Below are positions 13,578 to 26,106 of a stretch of 64,000 nt of DNA, piece by piece. Within the stretch, counting starts at the first letter, position 1. Each line of letters starts with the position of its first letter. The stretch comes from Eledone cirrhosa (taxonomy: Eukaryota), in the NCBI GenBank assembly GCA_964016885.1, contig OZ024743.1, positions 148,986,001 to 149,050,000 on the forward strand. The letters run 5' to 3'. Position numbers and translations under genes: made by a program. Under the pieces are notes generated by a model, which searched no databases, was not told where the DNA came from, and saw only the letters and a program-made list of their open reading frames with translations.

Positions 13578-13586
<9 letters not shown>
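11550..13586 (-). mobile_element. RTE-clade LINE, 5'-truncated, nearly intact reverse transcriptase
   Basis: RT motifs YRGIKLI, QFGFVPGKSTTDA, AFVDLEKAFDRV, GVHEGSVLSPLLF and YADD; RTE-type C-terminus RRLRWYGHVMR...GRPRKTW. The two ORFs share one frame separated by a TAG at 12194-12196. 3' (ATG)n tail at 11550-11572; the endonuclease domain is missing. Confidence 0.95.
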
Positions 13587-13630
<44 letters not shown>

Positions 13631-13636
13631 TTTTTT

Positions 13637-13855
13637 AGGAGTCGATCGACTTTCGTCAAATTGGACTGAGGAAACAATGTTTCCTTTGGTCTTTCAAGCT
13701 GCTAATACTATCTATTGGTTGCAACTCCAGGTAGAAGGAGCAATGTGAAATAAAGTGTCTTGCCCAAGGACATAACAAATCGCCTGGCCTAGGAATTGAA
13801 CTGACAACCTCAATTGTGAATACAGTTCACTAACCACTCAGCCACATGCCTTCAC
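13637..13855 (-). mobile_element. tRNA-derived CORE-like SINE
   Basis: Reverse complement matches 39492-39711: A box TGGCTGAGTGG, B-box-like AGTTCAATTCC, CORE-like TGTCCTTGGGCAAGACACTT. Confidence 0.8.
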
Positions 13856-14379
13856 ACAGACACACATACATATATATATATATATGTATACAATATATAT
13901 ATATATATTTATACAATATATATATATATATTTATACAATATATATATATATGTAAACAATAAACTTGTATCTTACCACAACAGTACTAAGTCTGAAAGG
14001 AACGCCTATATAACACACACTTCTACATGTATAAACATATAAACATGTCTTGTGTACACATGTCTCTGTAGGTAAAAAAGAACATACAGTTTTATCTTAG
14101 TTTCAGTTCTTCCTGGAATCATCTTCAGAAGCAATCAACAGAGAAATGTGTAATTAAAGGCTTTACACACCCATAAAATGTGACAGTAATAGCAAGCTGT
14201 GTATGTAATGCTTATTGTTGTCATTCAAGGCAAATTAAGATGCTGTAGGCTCCTGGATTACAGACACTGTGCCTCCCTCAGTAATATTTTCAAAATGAAA
14301 AGGTTAAAAGAAAATTAAGTTAATATTCACAAAGCTAACAACAATTCCTTTCAAATAATTGGTTTGTTTCATTTCCCAG

Positions 14380-16100
14380 AAACAGTTTTTCAAAACATTA
14401 GTAATTCTTAAATTCTTGAGAAAACATTTCTGTCTTCATAATGTTCCAAATATGAAGAATTTCTGACACAAATTCAGATTCACCACCATCTCAGTAAATT
14501 TTCTGAATTTTGGCTGCTCTTGTAGAAATTGTATAATCATTCATTGCTTGAAATTTAACCATGAGACTAAATAATGACTTAATATTTTCCTATATTTCTA
14601 TTTGATGAGAAAGAGCTGAGAATGTCTTGCAGTATGAAGGCTGCATGCATGTTCCCACCTGAATCTTTTTGATACCACATTGCCTGAAATGTTGCTGGTT
14701 TTATTATACAAAACTGTTTGTTTTAAATTGTTCATATTCATCTAAAACTCTTCCATCAAGATTTTAAAAGATAACATTTGTTAACTTAAATCCCAAACAC
14801 TAATTTAATACTGAGGAAGTTAGCTTTATTACTAAATCCCTCTAAATTCTTGATTCCTCTCAAAAGGATTTGAAATCTATAGACAATGACATCATTAGAA
14901 GTATAATAATGAAAGGGTTAAACTTCTCTTTTCCTCACAATCACTATTTCATTCATTGATTCAGTTTCTTTTCCTATGTTCTCATTCATTTTTATTGTCA
15001 AGGTATTCCAACTTTTCTACTTTGTTTTAGTTTTATTTTCAAACACTTCAAACTAAATCTGTAACATTGAAAAATCCATAAGAGATATAAGAATGTTAAC
15101 AGCTGATTGAAGCTCCAGTGTTTCATGTTGAAGTGACTTGCTGACTTCATTGAAACTCTTTAGTATGGCAGCCAAGAAGTCTGCCAAAATCACTTGGTAT
15201 TTTTGATAACTGCTTGAATATAGTTTTGCTTCGAAATATGTTCAAACTGATTTATTTCTTTTCAGATTTGCTTCAAAACGTTTTGCCTGACATTACTCAA
15301 TGCAACCAACGAGGACAACAGTTAATAAGGCAGTTTGCAAAAGTACATAACTTGGCAAACTCAGAGAACCTGCAAGACGTATTGGTTAAATCCAGAAAAG
15401 ATGCAGTAGGTCCTCATCTCAAATAAGTGCAAGCTTTAATGTACCAAATTATTCAGCATAATAATACTGATTAGGGTAAGTTAATATTTAATAGTACTCT
15501 GACAAAATACACCTAACTAATATTAAACTTAATTCAGCCATAAAATCAAATTTATATAAAAAGAAAAATAGGCCTTTCGCACTGGGCTTGACATGTTGAC
15601 ACTATAGTCTATGGCCTTAACAATCCAAATAACATCTTATAGGCATTTGCTCTTAAATCTCTATCAAAAAGTACTCACAACAGTCAACAGTTCATCATAT
15701 AAGTGAAATAATAACATACTGGAATTATAAACTTATCACAGTAACTATAAACATCAATGTCAATCTTGTCAGGTTTCAAAACAATAAAAAATATTGTTAA
15801 AGAAAATGCATTGCAGGGTTCCACCCAATAAAACTGTTATTCCTATTATAAAGTCTGGATGACGTCATACTCTATCATATGATATCCCCTTTTACAATAG
15901 GGGTGGCATGTCCATGGATTCAAAGATGCACTTAATCCACTAAAAACTTCTCACTCAAAATAGCAACTGATTTTTGGCATTTTTATTGCACATTTACAAA
16001 ATATTCAATTATCCATTTTGATAACAGCAAAAGTACATGACCACGACCTAACTTATTGTCTATTAGTCACTAAGTAAACTTACAGAATGTTACAAGTGTT
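14380..16100 (-). pseudogene. fossil hAT-family (ZMYM1-like) transposase
   Basis: Minus-strand pieces occur in the expected order: GRGHV (~16040), DC*GH/DYSVNMS..KG resembling DCRGQSYDNAxNMSG (~15580-15630), FLAAILKSFNEVSKSLQHETLELQSAVNILISL (~15080-15185), AAKIQKIY*DGGESEFVSEILH (~14455-14520). Many stops and frameshifts. Confidence 0.6.
14660..14921. mobile_element. degenerate piggyBac-like MITE remnant inside the hAT fossil
   Basis: Ends in GAAAGGG|TTAA. The body resembles ~17630-17834, which ends in AGGG|TTAA. The left end is eroded. Confidence 0.4.
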
Positions 16101-16709
16101 TGAGGCAAGACTTCAGTAACTTATGAGTCATTCAACCTTTAAAATATTCTAGAATCCTTTAATATGTAATAATTGTTTCTACTTTTGGCACAAGGCCAGC
16201 AATTATCCCAGTGTATTACAGGTACTTTAGTATGTAATAATAACGTAAAACAGTTGCACTTTCTTGTACTATTCATGGTCTTCTTATATTTACAACTGGG
16301 GTCATGGTTTCCTGAATATTTGACATATCTTTCACATTGTGCTGTCTACAACAAACTTATACAGAATAGCTTTCAAGCTATTTTTTTAGTTTATCCTTTT
16401 ACTGGCTTCAGTCATTAGACTGCAGCTATGCTTGGATATCACCTTCATATCAACTCTAGTACATTTTTTCAAGTGTTGTACATAATTTATCAACCACTTT
16501 TTTGTTGAGCCACTACACAATGGGATATGAACAAACTGTTAAATGTAAACACAGACAAATATATATATATGTGTGTGTGTGAGTCCTAGGTTCAATCGGG
16601 TGTAACAACAGTAAGTAAGGTACTCATGGGTTGGTTGGGTTCTTTTCAACATGGCATCTCTTCACTCGGATTTCCTGGCACTTCTTCACCAGTGATCATT
16701 GACCATGCA

Positions 16710-16746
<37 letters not shown>

Positions 16747-17889
16747 GTGCAGAAGAGAAGACTTGGTATGGGCATATGATATATATATATATTCCCTTCT
16801 CTACTTTTTCTTTATTTTTCCCACTATTTCTTGCCTGTTTACCTCCCCTACTACGAAGTTAATCATTTGGCCTTTTAACCTGGAGCTGTGGTAAACAGCA
16901 GTCATGCTTTTTTTCTTCTCAACAAAAGCAGTTTTTGCATCTCTGAATCATTTTACTTTGTTCAATACATATACATACTATAACATCAAAGAATAAATAG
17001 AAAATTACCATTGGAATCACCTAGAGTACTGGGAACTTTTCATAAACCATATTTCTAATAAAAGACACTGCTTATGATTTTGAATATGATCAAGAATTTG
17101 AAGAGATCTAGTAACTTATTCATTATCAAGTGTATTTTTGGAACATGTTTTAACAAAAGTTCATACGTAAAATTAGGATGGAAAGCTTATAGATGAATAT
17201 ATACAATTTAAAATAAAACGTTTACTGTAGACAGCTTTAGAAACTTTGTACTTAATCTCTGTCTCCATGCCTTAATCTGTGTGTGGCTCTGATATAGTTT
17301 TATCATGTTTTTCTCATTGCATTACTGATACCAGGTCATCACAATACTCAACTGCAATAGCAGATGGGCACCATCTCCTCCAATCCATTGTCTATTACAG
17401 TTAACTGTGTTTTACAGTGAAACTTTTAATAAATATTTCTTACATCTTTTTACCATCCATTTTGCATTGTTTAGCCTTATATGCCATTCCACATTAAATA
17501 TTTTGTAATGACATATCATTTCTTTCTGAAATAAAAAAAAAACTACACTGGCCTGCAAAGAAAACTCTATGTATTAAGTCAACCTTCTAAAAATATGATT
17601 GAAATCTCACATAATTCACACTCTACTGTTGATATAAAACTAATTGAAACTGCCCTTGGTTCTATGAAACAAAACATTTTATTGTAAAATATTTCTATTC
17701 ATTTAAAACTTTCTGTTGTAATATGATGTAAGACCTTTTGTTATCTTATGTTCCAAACACCAGTTTAATGATAAATTATATTATTAAATCATAAACAGGG
17801 TTTTTCATGATAAATATGACAAAATAGGGTTAAATAAGGGAGAGATATTGAAACATTGGCTAATGTAATCATAGGTGACCTAAAATGAT

Positions 17890-18075
17890 AATTGTTTCTA
17901 CTTTTTGGTGCAAGACCTGCTACTACCCCAGTGCATTACTGGTACTTTATTTTATTGACCCTGTAAAGATGAAGGGCAAAGTTAACCTCAGCGGGATTTG
18001 AACTCAGAACATAAAGGGCCATAACTCTATGCTGCACAGTGTCTGATGCTCTACTGATGTTGCCAATCCACTGCA
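17890..18075 (-). mobile_element. SINE family A
   Basis: Full-length match to the family, with direct repeat CTAAAATGAT on both sides. Partial copies at 16174-16225 and 18218-18420. Confidence 0.8.
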
Positions 18076-18424
18076 CTAAAATGATTGACTGGAAACTGTT
18101 TCATGTGAGTTGAGCAATTGCTTGTATTATTCTTGTTAATCCCTAGTCAGCTCTGAATAGATATATGATCAAAAGCATTCCAGCCATGACCATCCCATCT
18201 TATTATTTATTATCATTAAATCCCGCCGAGGTTGACTTTGCCTTTCATCCTTACGGGGTCGATAAAATAAAGTACCAGTAATGTACTGGGTAATTGCTGG
18301 CCTTGTGCCTAAAATAGAAACAATTATTGCCTTTCATCCTTACAGGGTCGATAAAATAAAATACCAGTAATGCACTGGGGTCGATTTAATCGACTTCCCC
18401 TCCTCAAAATTGTTGGTCATATAC

Positions 18425-18935
18425 CTGATCACCCTGCCATTTTTTAGATGGGAAGGACAGGCAGTTTTTATTTGCCTGGTGGCCATAGCAAAAGAAGTTG
18501 TGTGGTGGAAGCACATGAAAGTTTGAAGAGAAACACTTTCTTCTTTGCAAAAGCCCTAATTAACTTTATGAGGTTTCATGAGGTGAAAAATCAGGGTGGA
18601 GAGGGAAATGCTGCTTTCCAACCAGTTTGTTGAAAGGTGGCGAGCATGGTCTGAGTGTATGAGCTTGTTCTGAGTATGCCCCTGAGTATGTAAATTGGAG
18701 GAGAACATTTGAGAGGGATCATGTTTACTGTGGCTTTTTGTGGTCTTTCTATAAGAGTGACACATTTTTAGAAAATTTGTTATGCTTTATTTTTTAATGT
18801 TTATTTTTTAGTCTTCTTTATAAGACTTTCTCTCACACAAAAACCCACACTATACTGTCCTGTACCTTCCTTATTGTCCTCTTAGTGTAAACCCTGTGTT
18901 GTAACTAATAAAGAAACTATTGTTATTATTATTAT
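18425..18935 (+). mobile_element. Tx1/L1-clade LINE 3' fragment (ORF2 C-terminus plus 3' UTR)
   Basis: Across frameshifts: EGQAVFICLVAIAKEVVWW...ALINFMRFH...KIRVEREMLLSNQFVERW, matching the AKxxIW...FxxxW C-terminal signature of Tx1/L1 ORF2. Ends AATAAAGAAA followed by (TTA)n. Confidence 0.65.
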
Positions 18936-19460
18936 TGGATTGGCAGTATCAGTAGAATGTTGGACACTATGCTTTTTGTCATAGAGTTATGGCCCTTTAC
19001 ATTCTGAGTTTAAATCCCACAGAGGTTAGCTTTGCCTTTTATCCTTACGGGGTCGATAAAATAAAGTGCCAGTAAGTACGGGGTTCGATTTAATCAACTT
19101 TCCTCTGCCCCAAAACTGCTGGAATTGTGCCTAAATGAGAAACCGGTAGATTGGCAGTATTGGTAGAGGGACAGATGCTATGCTTTGCAGCATAGAGTTA
19201 TGGCCCTTTAAGATCTGAGTTCCAATCCTGCTGAGGATAACTTTGCCTTTCATCCCTACCAGGTCGATAAAATAAAGTACCAGTAATGTACTGGGTTATT
19301 GCTGGCCTTGTGCCAAAAAGTAGAAAGAATTATTATTATGCCGAGGTTAACTTTGCCTGTCATCCTTACGAGGTCGATAAAATAAAATACCAGTAATGTA
19401 CTGGGTTATTGCTGGCCTTGTGCCAAAAGTAGAAACAATTATTATTATTATTATTATTAT
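18936..19460 (+). mobile_element. three head-to-tail SINE family A copies
   Basis: Units at ~18936-19145, 19146-19338 and 19339-19460 (truncated), followed by (AGT)n and (GGT)n runs to ~19620. Confidence 0.85.
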
Positions 19461-19507
<47 letters not shown>

Positions 19508-19793
19508 TAGTAGTAGTTGTAGCAACAGAAGTACTAGTAGTAGCAACAGTAGCAGTAATATTAGTAGTAGGGGTTGTGGTGGTGGTGGTGGTGGTGGTGG
19601 TAGTAGTGAAGGTAGTGTTGGTGTTAAATATAAAGAAGAATGCCTACACTACATCACCATACATTACTTCAGTTCTCTAGATCAGTCTATACAGGAAACT
19701 AATGTCTTTCCCATCTGTAAATGGTTGAGATGTCAACAATTGGCAAATGTTACTCCTATTCACATAACTTTCATCTTACATCTCTTTCTCTTT

Positions 19794-19868
<75 letters not shown>

Positions 19869-20812
19869 CACACTTCTTTTTTCATTCACTCCCTTTCTGT
19901 CTTTTTTACTTTTCTTTCTCTCGCTCTCTTTATCTCTATCTTCTTTCTAGTCCCCTCACTCTCTCTCTCTCACCAGAAATCTCTGTCTTCTTTCTAATTC
20001 TCTTTTTATCTCTCCTCTTTCTAGTCATGTCTCCCTCTTTCTTTATTGCTTTATTCTCTCTCATTCCATTAATCTTTTTGTCATCTCTCTCTTCTACTCC
20101 TTCTTTCAGTCTTACTCTTTTCTTTCACCTCTGTCTCTCTCACACACATATATTCTCAATAAACCTAAAATGTTTTTCTAGATTTGCCTCATCTCTCTCC
20201 ATTTTCACTTTCTTTTCCTCAACCTCTCTCTTTTTCTTTTTGTTTGTCTGTCTCCCATTCTCTTCTCTAAATCTTTTTTCACCCTTTCTCTGATTCTCTC
20301 TTTCTCGCTCTCACTCTTGCTCACATCATTTTCTCTTTCTTATCTTCTATATTCATATACTGTCTCTCCTTTACTATTTTCTACATATAGATATCTCATT
20401 CTCATGCCTCCTCTCATTCATTCCTTTCTGTTTCTACTTTCACTTTCGATCACTCTCCCTCTCTCCCCATCTTTCTTTCTCTTGCTTTCGCATGGGCCCC
20501 TTTCTTACCCTCTCTCTCTCTCTCTCTCTCTTTCCTTACTTCATGATAAATCACTCGAAATCCAGTGGACTATACTAGATCTACTCTGACATGGGTCGAT
20601 TCAGTAAAAATAAAACGCAAAATATGAAATATGTTGATGTTTTTCTTCCTCACTCTAATCATCTCCCCCTCACACACACATGCACACATACACATACTCA
20701 CACACGCACACTTTTTCTATCTTTTTCTCTCTATCATTGATCATTTCTTTGTATTCCTCCCATCTTGTCTTTATCGTCTGTTCAATGTTAATCTAACATT
20801 ATCTTGTCTAAT

Positions 20813-20942
20813 CCTGCCAAGGTTAACTTTGCCTTCATCCTTAAGGGGTCAATAAAATAAAGCACCAGTAATGCACTGGGGTCGATTTAATTGACTTTCC
20901 CCTTCCCTTCAAATCGCTGGCCTTGTGCCTAAAGTAGAAAAT
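20813..20942 (+). mobile_element. SINE family A, 5'-truncated
   Basis: Family core present; 15-bp direct repeat ATTATCTTGTCTAAT at 20798 and 20943. Confidence 0.85.
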
Positions 20943-21509
20943 ATTATCTTGTCTAATGTAACATTTTTCTCTCTCTCACTTTCCTATACTTTTACCATCT
21001 TTATCTTTCTCATTCCCTCTGTTTCTTTCCCTGTTGGTCTAGTACTATTTAAATCTTTTGCTCACTTCCATTTTCTCACATTTTCACTTCTCATTATATA
21101 TATATACATAATAAAATACCAATAAGTTTCAAAAAGCTACTACTATAATATATATATATAATTGTTTCTATTGTTGGCACAAGGCCAGCAATTACTCAGT
21201 ACATTACTGGTACTTTATTTTATATATATATATATATCACGTATATATATAAAATTAGCGAGAATCGCATTTCGGAGGTAGAAAAAGCGAAACAAAACGC
21301 AAAATCAGAGTTATGCTGGCAAGCGCTCCATAGTTAAAAAAACCAGAGCTAAACATAAGTTAAAACGCCATACAAACTGAAAAAGTGGCCAAGAAAGCAT
21401 TAACCACCTAAGCCAAAAAAACAAGTCAAGCTAAACAGGTTAAACAAAATAAATGATAAAATCATATATATATATATACATATACACATATGTATATGTA
21501 TATATATAT

Positions 21510-21695
21510 AATTGTTTCTACTTTTGGCACAAGGCCAGCAATCACCCAGTGTATTACTGGTACTTTGTTTTATCGACCCCATAAGGTTGAAAGGCAAAGT
21601 TAACCTCAGCGGGATTTGAACTCAGAATGGAAAGGGCCGTAAGTCTTTGCGTCAAAGCATGGCGTCCGATCCTCTACCGATACTACCAATCCACA
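21510..21695 (-). mobile_element. SINE family A, near full-length
   Basis: Matches the family. Further copies at 21160-21222, 23180-23368 (minus) and 23928-24105 (plus), with degenerate ones at 33395-33500, 36690-36900, 39910-40030 and 40460-40650. Confidence 0.85.
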
Positions 21696-21730
21696 TATAA
21701 TAAACAAAAGATAGTTACTTTAGATCATCT

Positions 21731-21817
21731 CTATTCATTTTATTATATACATTTCGAAGAGGCATCGCTTATGTATAATATAATCAAAGATATGTTCTCG
21801 TCAGACAAAATGCATAG
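21731..21817 (-). ncRNA. type I hammerhead ribozyme motif
   Basis: Minus strand: CTATGCATTTTGT-CTGACGA-GAA(36 nt)TTC-GAAA-TGTATA-TA-ATAAAATGAATAG. Stem I pairs 12 of 13 positions, the core is canonical and stem III is minimal. Confidence 0.65.
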
Positions 21818-22229
21818 GAGATGAAGGTTTCTTTTGATATACTGGCAGTCAAATGAAATTGACAGATAAGTGACAACCAAGCATATGATTAGAAAAAAAA
21901 AAAACCAACACGGGAGATGTTACATGAGTGGTAGAAAAATACAGTTGGACTTAACATTTTTGAAATTTAAAATATGACGTAGTATCTATATATAAAATAA
22001 AATATTGTAGTCTGCTTGAAGCATTGTATATAATATATGTGGAAAGCGATATAAGGCTAAACAATCAAAATGGATGGTAAGAAGAAGGTTACCTATTAAT
22101 ATTTTTTTTTTTTATATTGCTATTGTTTCTTCCATCCTAATATTGAAAGACTTAAAATTCCCTTCTTCAGAGTATAAGGAACACTCAAAGAAAAGTGTTC
22201 TGGTTTCTTCTCTTTCGAATTAAATTTAA

Positions 22230-22852
22230 TTAAGGATATGAAACAGGCAAAGTGGCTGGGTCATTGGGAATAGCAACTGAGATGCTGGAAGCACCTGGAA
22301 GGGCACATCATAACCACCCATATCATAAACCAAGTAATACAAAATGGTGTCATGCCCAATGATTTATGTAGCAACATCATCGTGAGCTGCTACAAGGGCA
22401 AAGGAGATGCACTAGACATAGGATACTAACAAGGCTTCATATTACACAGCTGATTAGAGATTTAATTAACTTCGATGATATGCAGTATGGATTTGTGCCA
22501 GGTAAAAGTACCACTAATCCCCTCTTTCATGTGAGGCAACTGCAGGAGAAGTACCTAGTTAAAAACCAGCCACTCTACTTGGCATTTGTTGAGTAGAAAG
22601 TAGAAAGGAAAACAAAGTTCTGATCTCTTTAAGGAAATGGCCTTGATCAGTGTGCAGAAAATGAGTAGGTAGAAATGCCTTCCTTTATCATAAATGCAAA
22701 CTATAGGTACAAAAGAGATGTAGTGGGATGTCTGGCAAGCTAGCAAAGAATGCAAGTTTTATATGTGGTTGATGGACAGGAGCAGTAAGCACCAAGTGCT
22801 CACAGGAAACTGGTTCTATCAATGCTCAGAGGGTTCCATAGAAGTAGTTGAC
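22230..22852 (+). pseudogene. decayed RTE LINE fragment with internal deletion
   Basis: GKVAGSLGIATEML...SCYKGKGDALD...DMQYGFVPGKSTTNPLFHVRQLQEKYLVKNQPLYLAFV, then a jump to SRKENKVLI..KWP*SVCRK and EGSIEVVD; the RT catalytic core is deleted. Confidence 0.85.
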
Positions 22853-24858
22853 CCTTTAAGGTGGTCATGCTGGTCACACAAAAAACCTCTAATCCACCAT
22901 GTAAGGTGGTCGTGCTAGTGACAATAAGCATCCATTTCACCCTGTATAGTGGTTGTGTTGGTGATAATGAAACCATACCCAGTCCAACCTGTCAGATGGT
23001 CATTTTGGTGCCATAATAAAGAGCATCCAGTCCACACTGTAATGTATTTGACATTAGGAAGGGCATAAATCCATAGAAACCATACTAGAAACTGTTCTGT
23101 ATGGACAAGACACAGTCCCGTGATCTGACTTCTCTCACAACAGGACAACTCGTCTAACCTATGCCAGTTAAACAGTAATGATAATTGTTTCTACTTTTGG
23201 CACAAGGCCAGCAATTATCCCAGTCTATTACTGGTACTTTATTTTATCGACCCATAAGGATGAAAGGCAAAGTTAACCTTGGCGGGATTTGAACTCAGAT
23301 TGTAAAGGGCCGTAACTCTTTGCTGCAAAGCATGATGTCCGATCCTCTACCAATACTGCCTACCCACATATTTATCAATCTATCTTTTTCCCTCACTCTA
23401 ATCTTTCAGTTTCTCTCTACATATATGTATATAGTGATACATAGTTTTTCTTAATTTTCATTTTTCTTTACTATTTTTCTTACATGATATCTTGATTGTC
23501 TGATAGATGGTTGTGCCAAACATAGGTGATAATCAGAGTAACAGAGATTGTATTGCAAGTATATCTCAAGTCTTTGGTTCTTTAAATTTGGAGAATATTC
23601 CTATGGGAGAATGATAGTATGTTGTTCAGTCTAGGTTTCTCTGTAGACTGTGAATAATAACATATCACAGCACTGTGGATGGTGTTTAAATACTTAGAAA
23701 TATCTGTAAATATTGTTTGTGTTCAGAGACACATAAAATATTCAGACTGATAGAAGGACAGACTGGATGAAAAGGCAGCTAGATAGTATGGCAGGCAGAA
23801 AGAAGTCAGATTTACAAGCATCTTTTCTGTTTTTATTGTCTAATAATCCACCAAGTCAGTATTGGTAAAAAAAAAAATGAAGCAGTGACTAATCTTATTT
23901 TTGCATATCAAGAACTAATATTTTCTTTCGGTAGAGTGTTGGACAGTATGCTTTATAGCATAGTGTTATGTCCCTTTACGATTTGAGTTCAAATCCTGCC
24001 AAGGTTAGCTTTGCCTTTCATCCTTTAAGGGTCGAAAAAATAAAGTACCAGTAATGCACTGGAGTTAATTTAATGGAATGTCCCTTTCCCAAAAATTGTT
24101 GGCCAATATTTCTAATAAATCCTACCATTTTCATAAAGAATATGGTATGATTTGAGGGCAATTTGGATGTTATTCTAGAAAGTCCAGTGCTCATGTAAAG
24201 GTTACATTATTGGCTTTCAATGTTTGAATTGAAGCGTTTTATTTTGTTATTTTTATACAGTAGCAAAAAGTCCTTGTTTAACTCTTGATCAGCCCAGGTT
24301 GAGTAAATCTATAACTAAAGTCTTTCAAGCCAATACTGGTTATCTCTACTTTTCAAGCATAGATGTATTAAGGACTACATATTCAATGAGTGCTTTGCAT
24401 TTTGAAGCTGCCAGGGTGTGATTTTAAGATTTGGTTGCTATTATTAGTAGGTCAAATAACTATCTCACCTTTCTATAGATTTAAGTTCTTGGTTTTAAAA
24501 GGGTAGGATTTGATTTTAAATAGATTTGGATACTATTTTCAATAGGTCAAACAGTTATTTCATATTTCTGTAATCCTGGAATATCTGTGTATACTCCATT
24601 GTTGGTTTTAAGATTGTAAGATACGATTTGAAGGAGATTTGGCTGCTAGTTTTAGCAGGGGAAAATAAACATGTACAAACTCTTTTAGTGACTTGTAGGA
24701 AGAATGGACTTTAAATAAGGATGATGAAACCTTGCCAGCACAAAGTAACTGAGGAAATATTTGCAAATCATGTTAGATTATTCTGTGTGCTAAAACTGCA
24801 ACTTCAGTTAAAAGCACTATAAGTAACAACAGATCCACACACACAGACAGACACATAT

Positions 24859-25003
24859 TCTAAGTCGAAAAATGTCAGTGACTTCAAAGTTTCAGCTTCG
24901 TTGCTTCATTTGCTAGAAGAAGTAACCAAGCTGAAACTGCAAAGTAACAGCCGTTTTTCTAATTAGAAAATAAAATTTACATTCTACCTACCAATATTGA
25001 GTG
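24859..25003 (+). repeat. degenerate fold-back element with hammerhead-like core
   Basis: Imperfect ~50-bp inverted arms; the right arm reads CTAGAAGA...GAAACTGCAAAGTA; ATATTGAGTG lies downstream. Confidence 0.5.
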
Positions 25004-25883
25004 CCCAATAATTTTATGTTAGATTGTTTTAAATAATATTTTAAACACCCATCCTAATATATAGCCTACACTGTAAAGTGGTTGTGTACATGTCGTGACA
25101 AAAATCACCCAGCCCACCCTGTAAAGTGGTCATGTAGGAGTCACAACACAAAGCACACAGCACGCACAGTAAATGTGGTTGGCATTAGGAAGGGCATCCA
25201 ACCATAGAAATATATCCGTAAACAATTCTATTTGAGCAAAACATGGTCACCTGACCCAACTTCTCTCAAATGGGACAACCCATCTAACCCATGCTAGCAT
25301 GGAAAGTGGATGTTAAACGATTATGATGATGATGATATATACACACACATACATACATGCACACACACACACAAAGCACATATATATATATACATATACC
25401 AGTACACCCTGTAAAGTTGTTGGTGTTAGAAAAGATATCCAACCTTAGAAACCATGAAATGTGATGCATAGAGTAAGACATGGCCTCCAGCCCCTCAACG
25501 AGAAGAGTAATTTCAATTGAGTATTGACATGGTCCAAAATGACCCATCCAGCCCATGCCAACCTAATGTTTTTGATGATGATAATATATATATATATATA
25601 TAAGTATTGATGTTAATGTTGGTTTGTAGATATATAGGTATAAAAATAGCAAGAAACACTTACTGAGCATGGTAGCTCCATTTATGTAATACAGTTTGAT
25701 TTATGATAGAACACAACACCAGAGTGGTGTAATTGGTGACATCCAGCAAATGGTAGATATATAGCTTGAGCCCTTTCAATGTAGTTGTTGGTCCTTTCTG
25801 TGCTAAAATTATATTTAGATGATTTTAATGATATTATTTCAGTTACTGAAGTGATATTACAAAGATTTACCATCATTCATATA

Positions 25884-26056
25884 CAGGGTGACTACAAAAA
25901 CACTCCTTGATTTCAAATACTTATAATGAATATTAAATGAATATTCTTACAATATTGGTGGCTTCAGTTGCATAAACTAACACAGTTTCATATGCCCCTT
26001 TTTCACTTTCGATATTATAAGTATTTGAAATCAAGGAGTGTTTTGTGGTCATGCTG
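25884..26056. mobile_element. Tc1/mariner-superfamily MITE
   Basis: ~43-bp TIRs (CAGGGTGACTACAAAAACACTCCTTGATTTCAAATACTTATAAT and its near-perfect complement), TA on both sides, 173 bp long. Confidence 0.85.
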
Positions 26057-26106
26057 TATATGTAAAAAATGGTTCTGGTTAATATTCATATACATATATA
26101 TATATA

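Noticed and set aside
14090-14135. Minus-strand CTGAAGA...GAAAC hammerhead-like match
   Set aside because: Stems I, II and III do not close properly; likely chance or too decayed to call
15214-15426. Possible host exon after TTTTCAG (DLLQNVLPDITQCNQRGQQLIRQF...)
   Set aside because: It lies antisense within the hAT transposase fossil, no partner exons are visible, and I recognise no protein similarity
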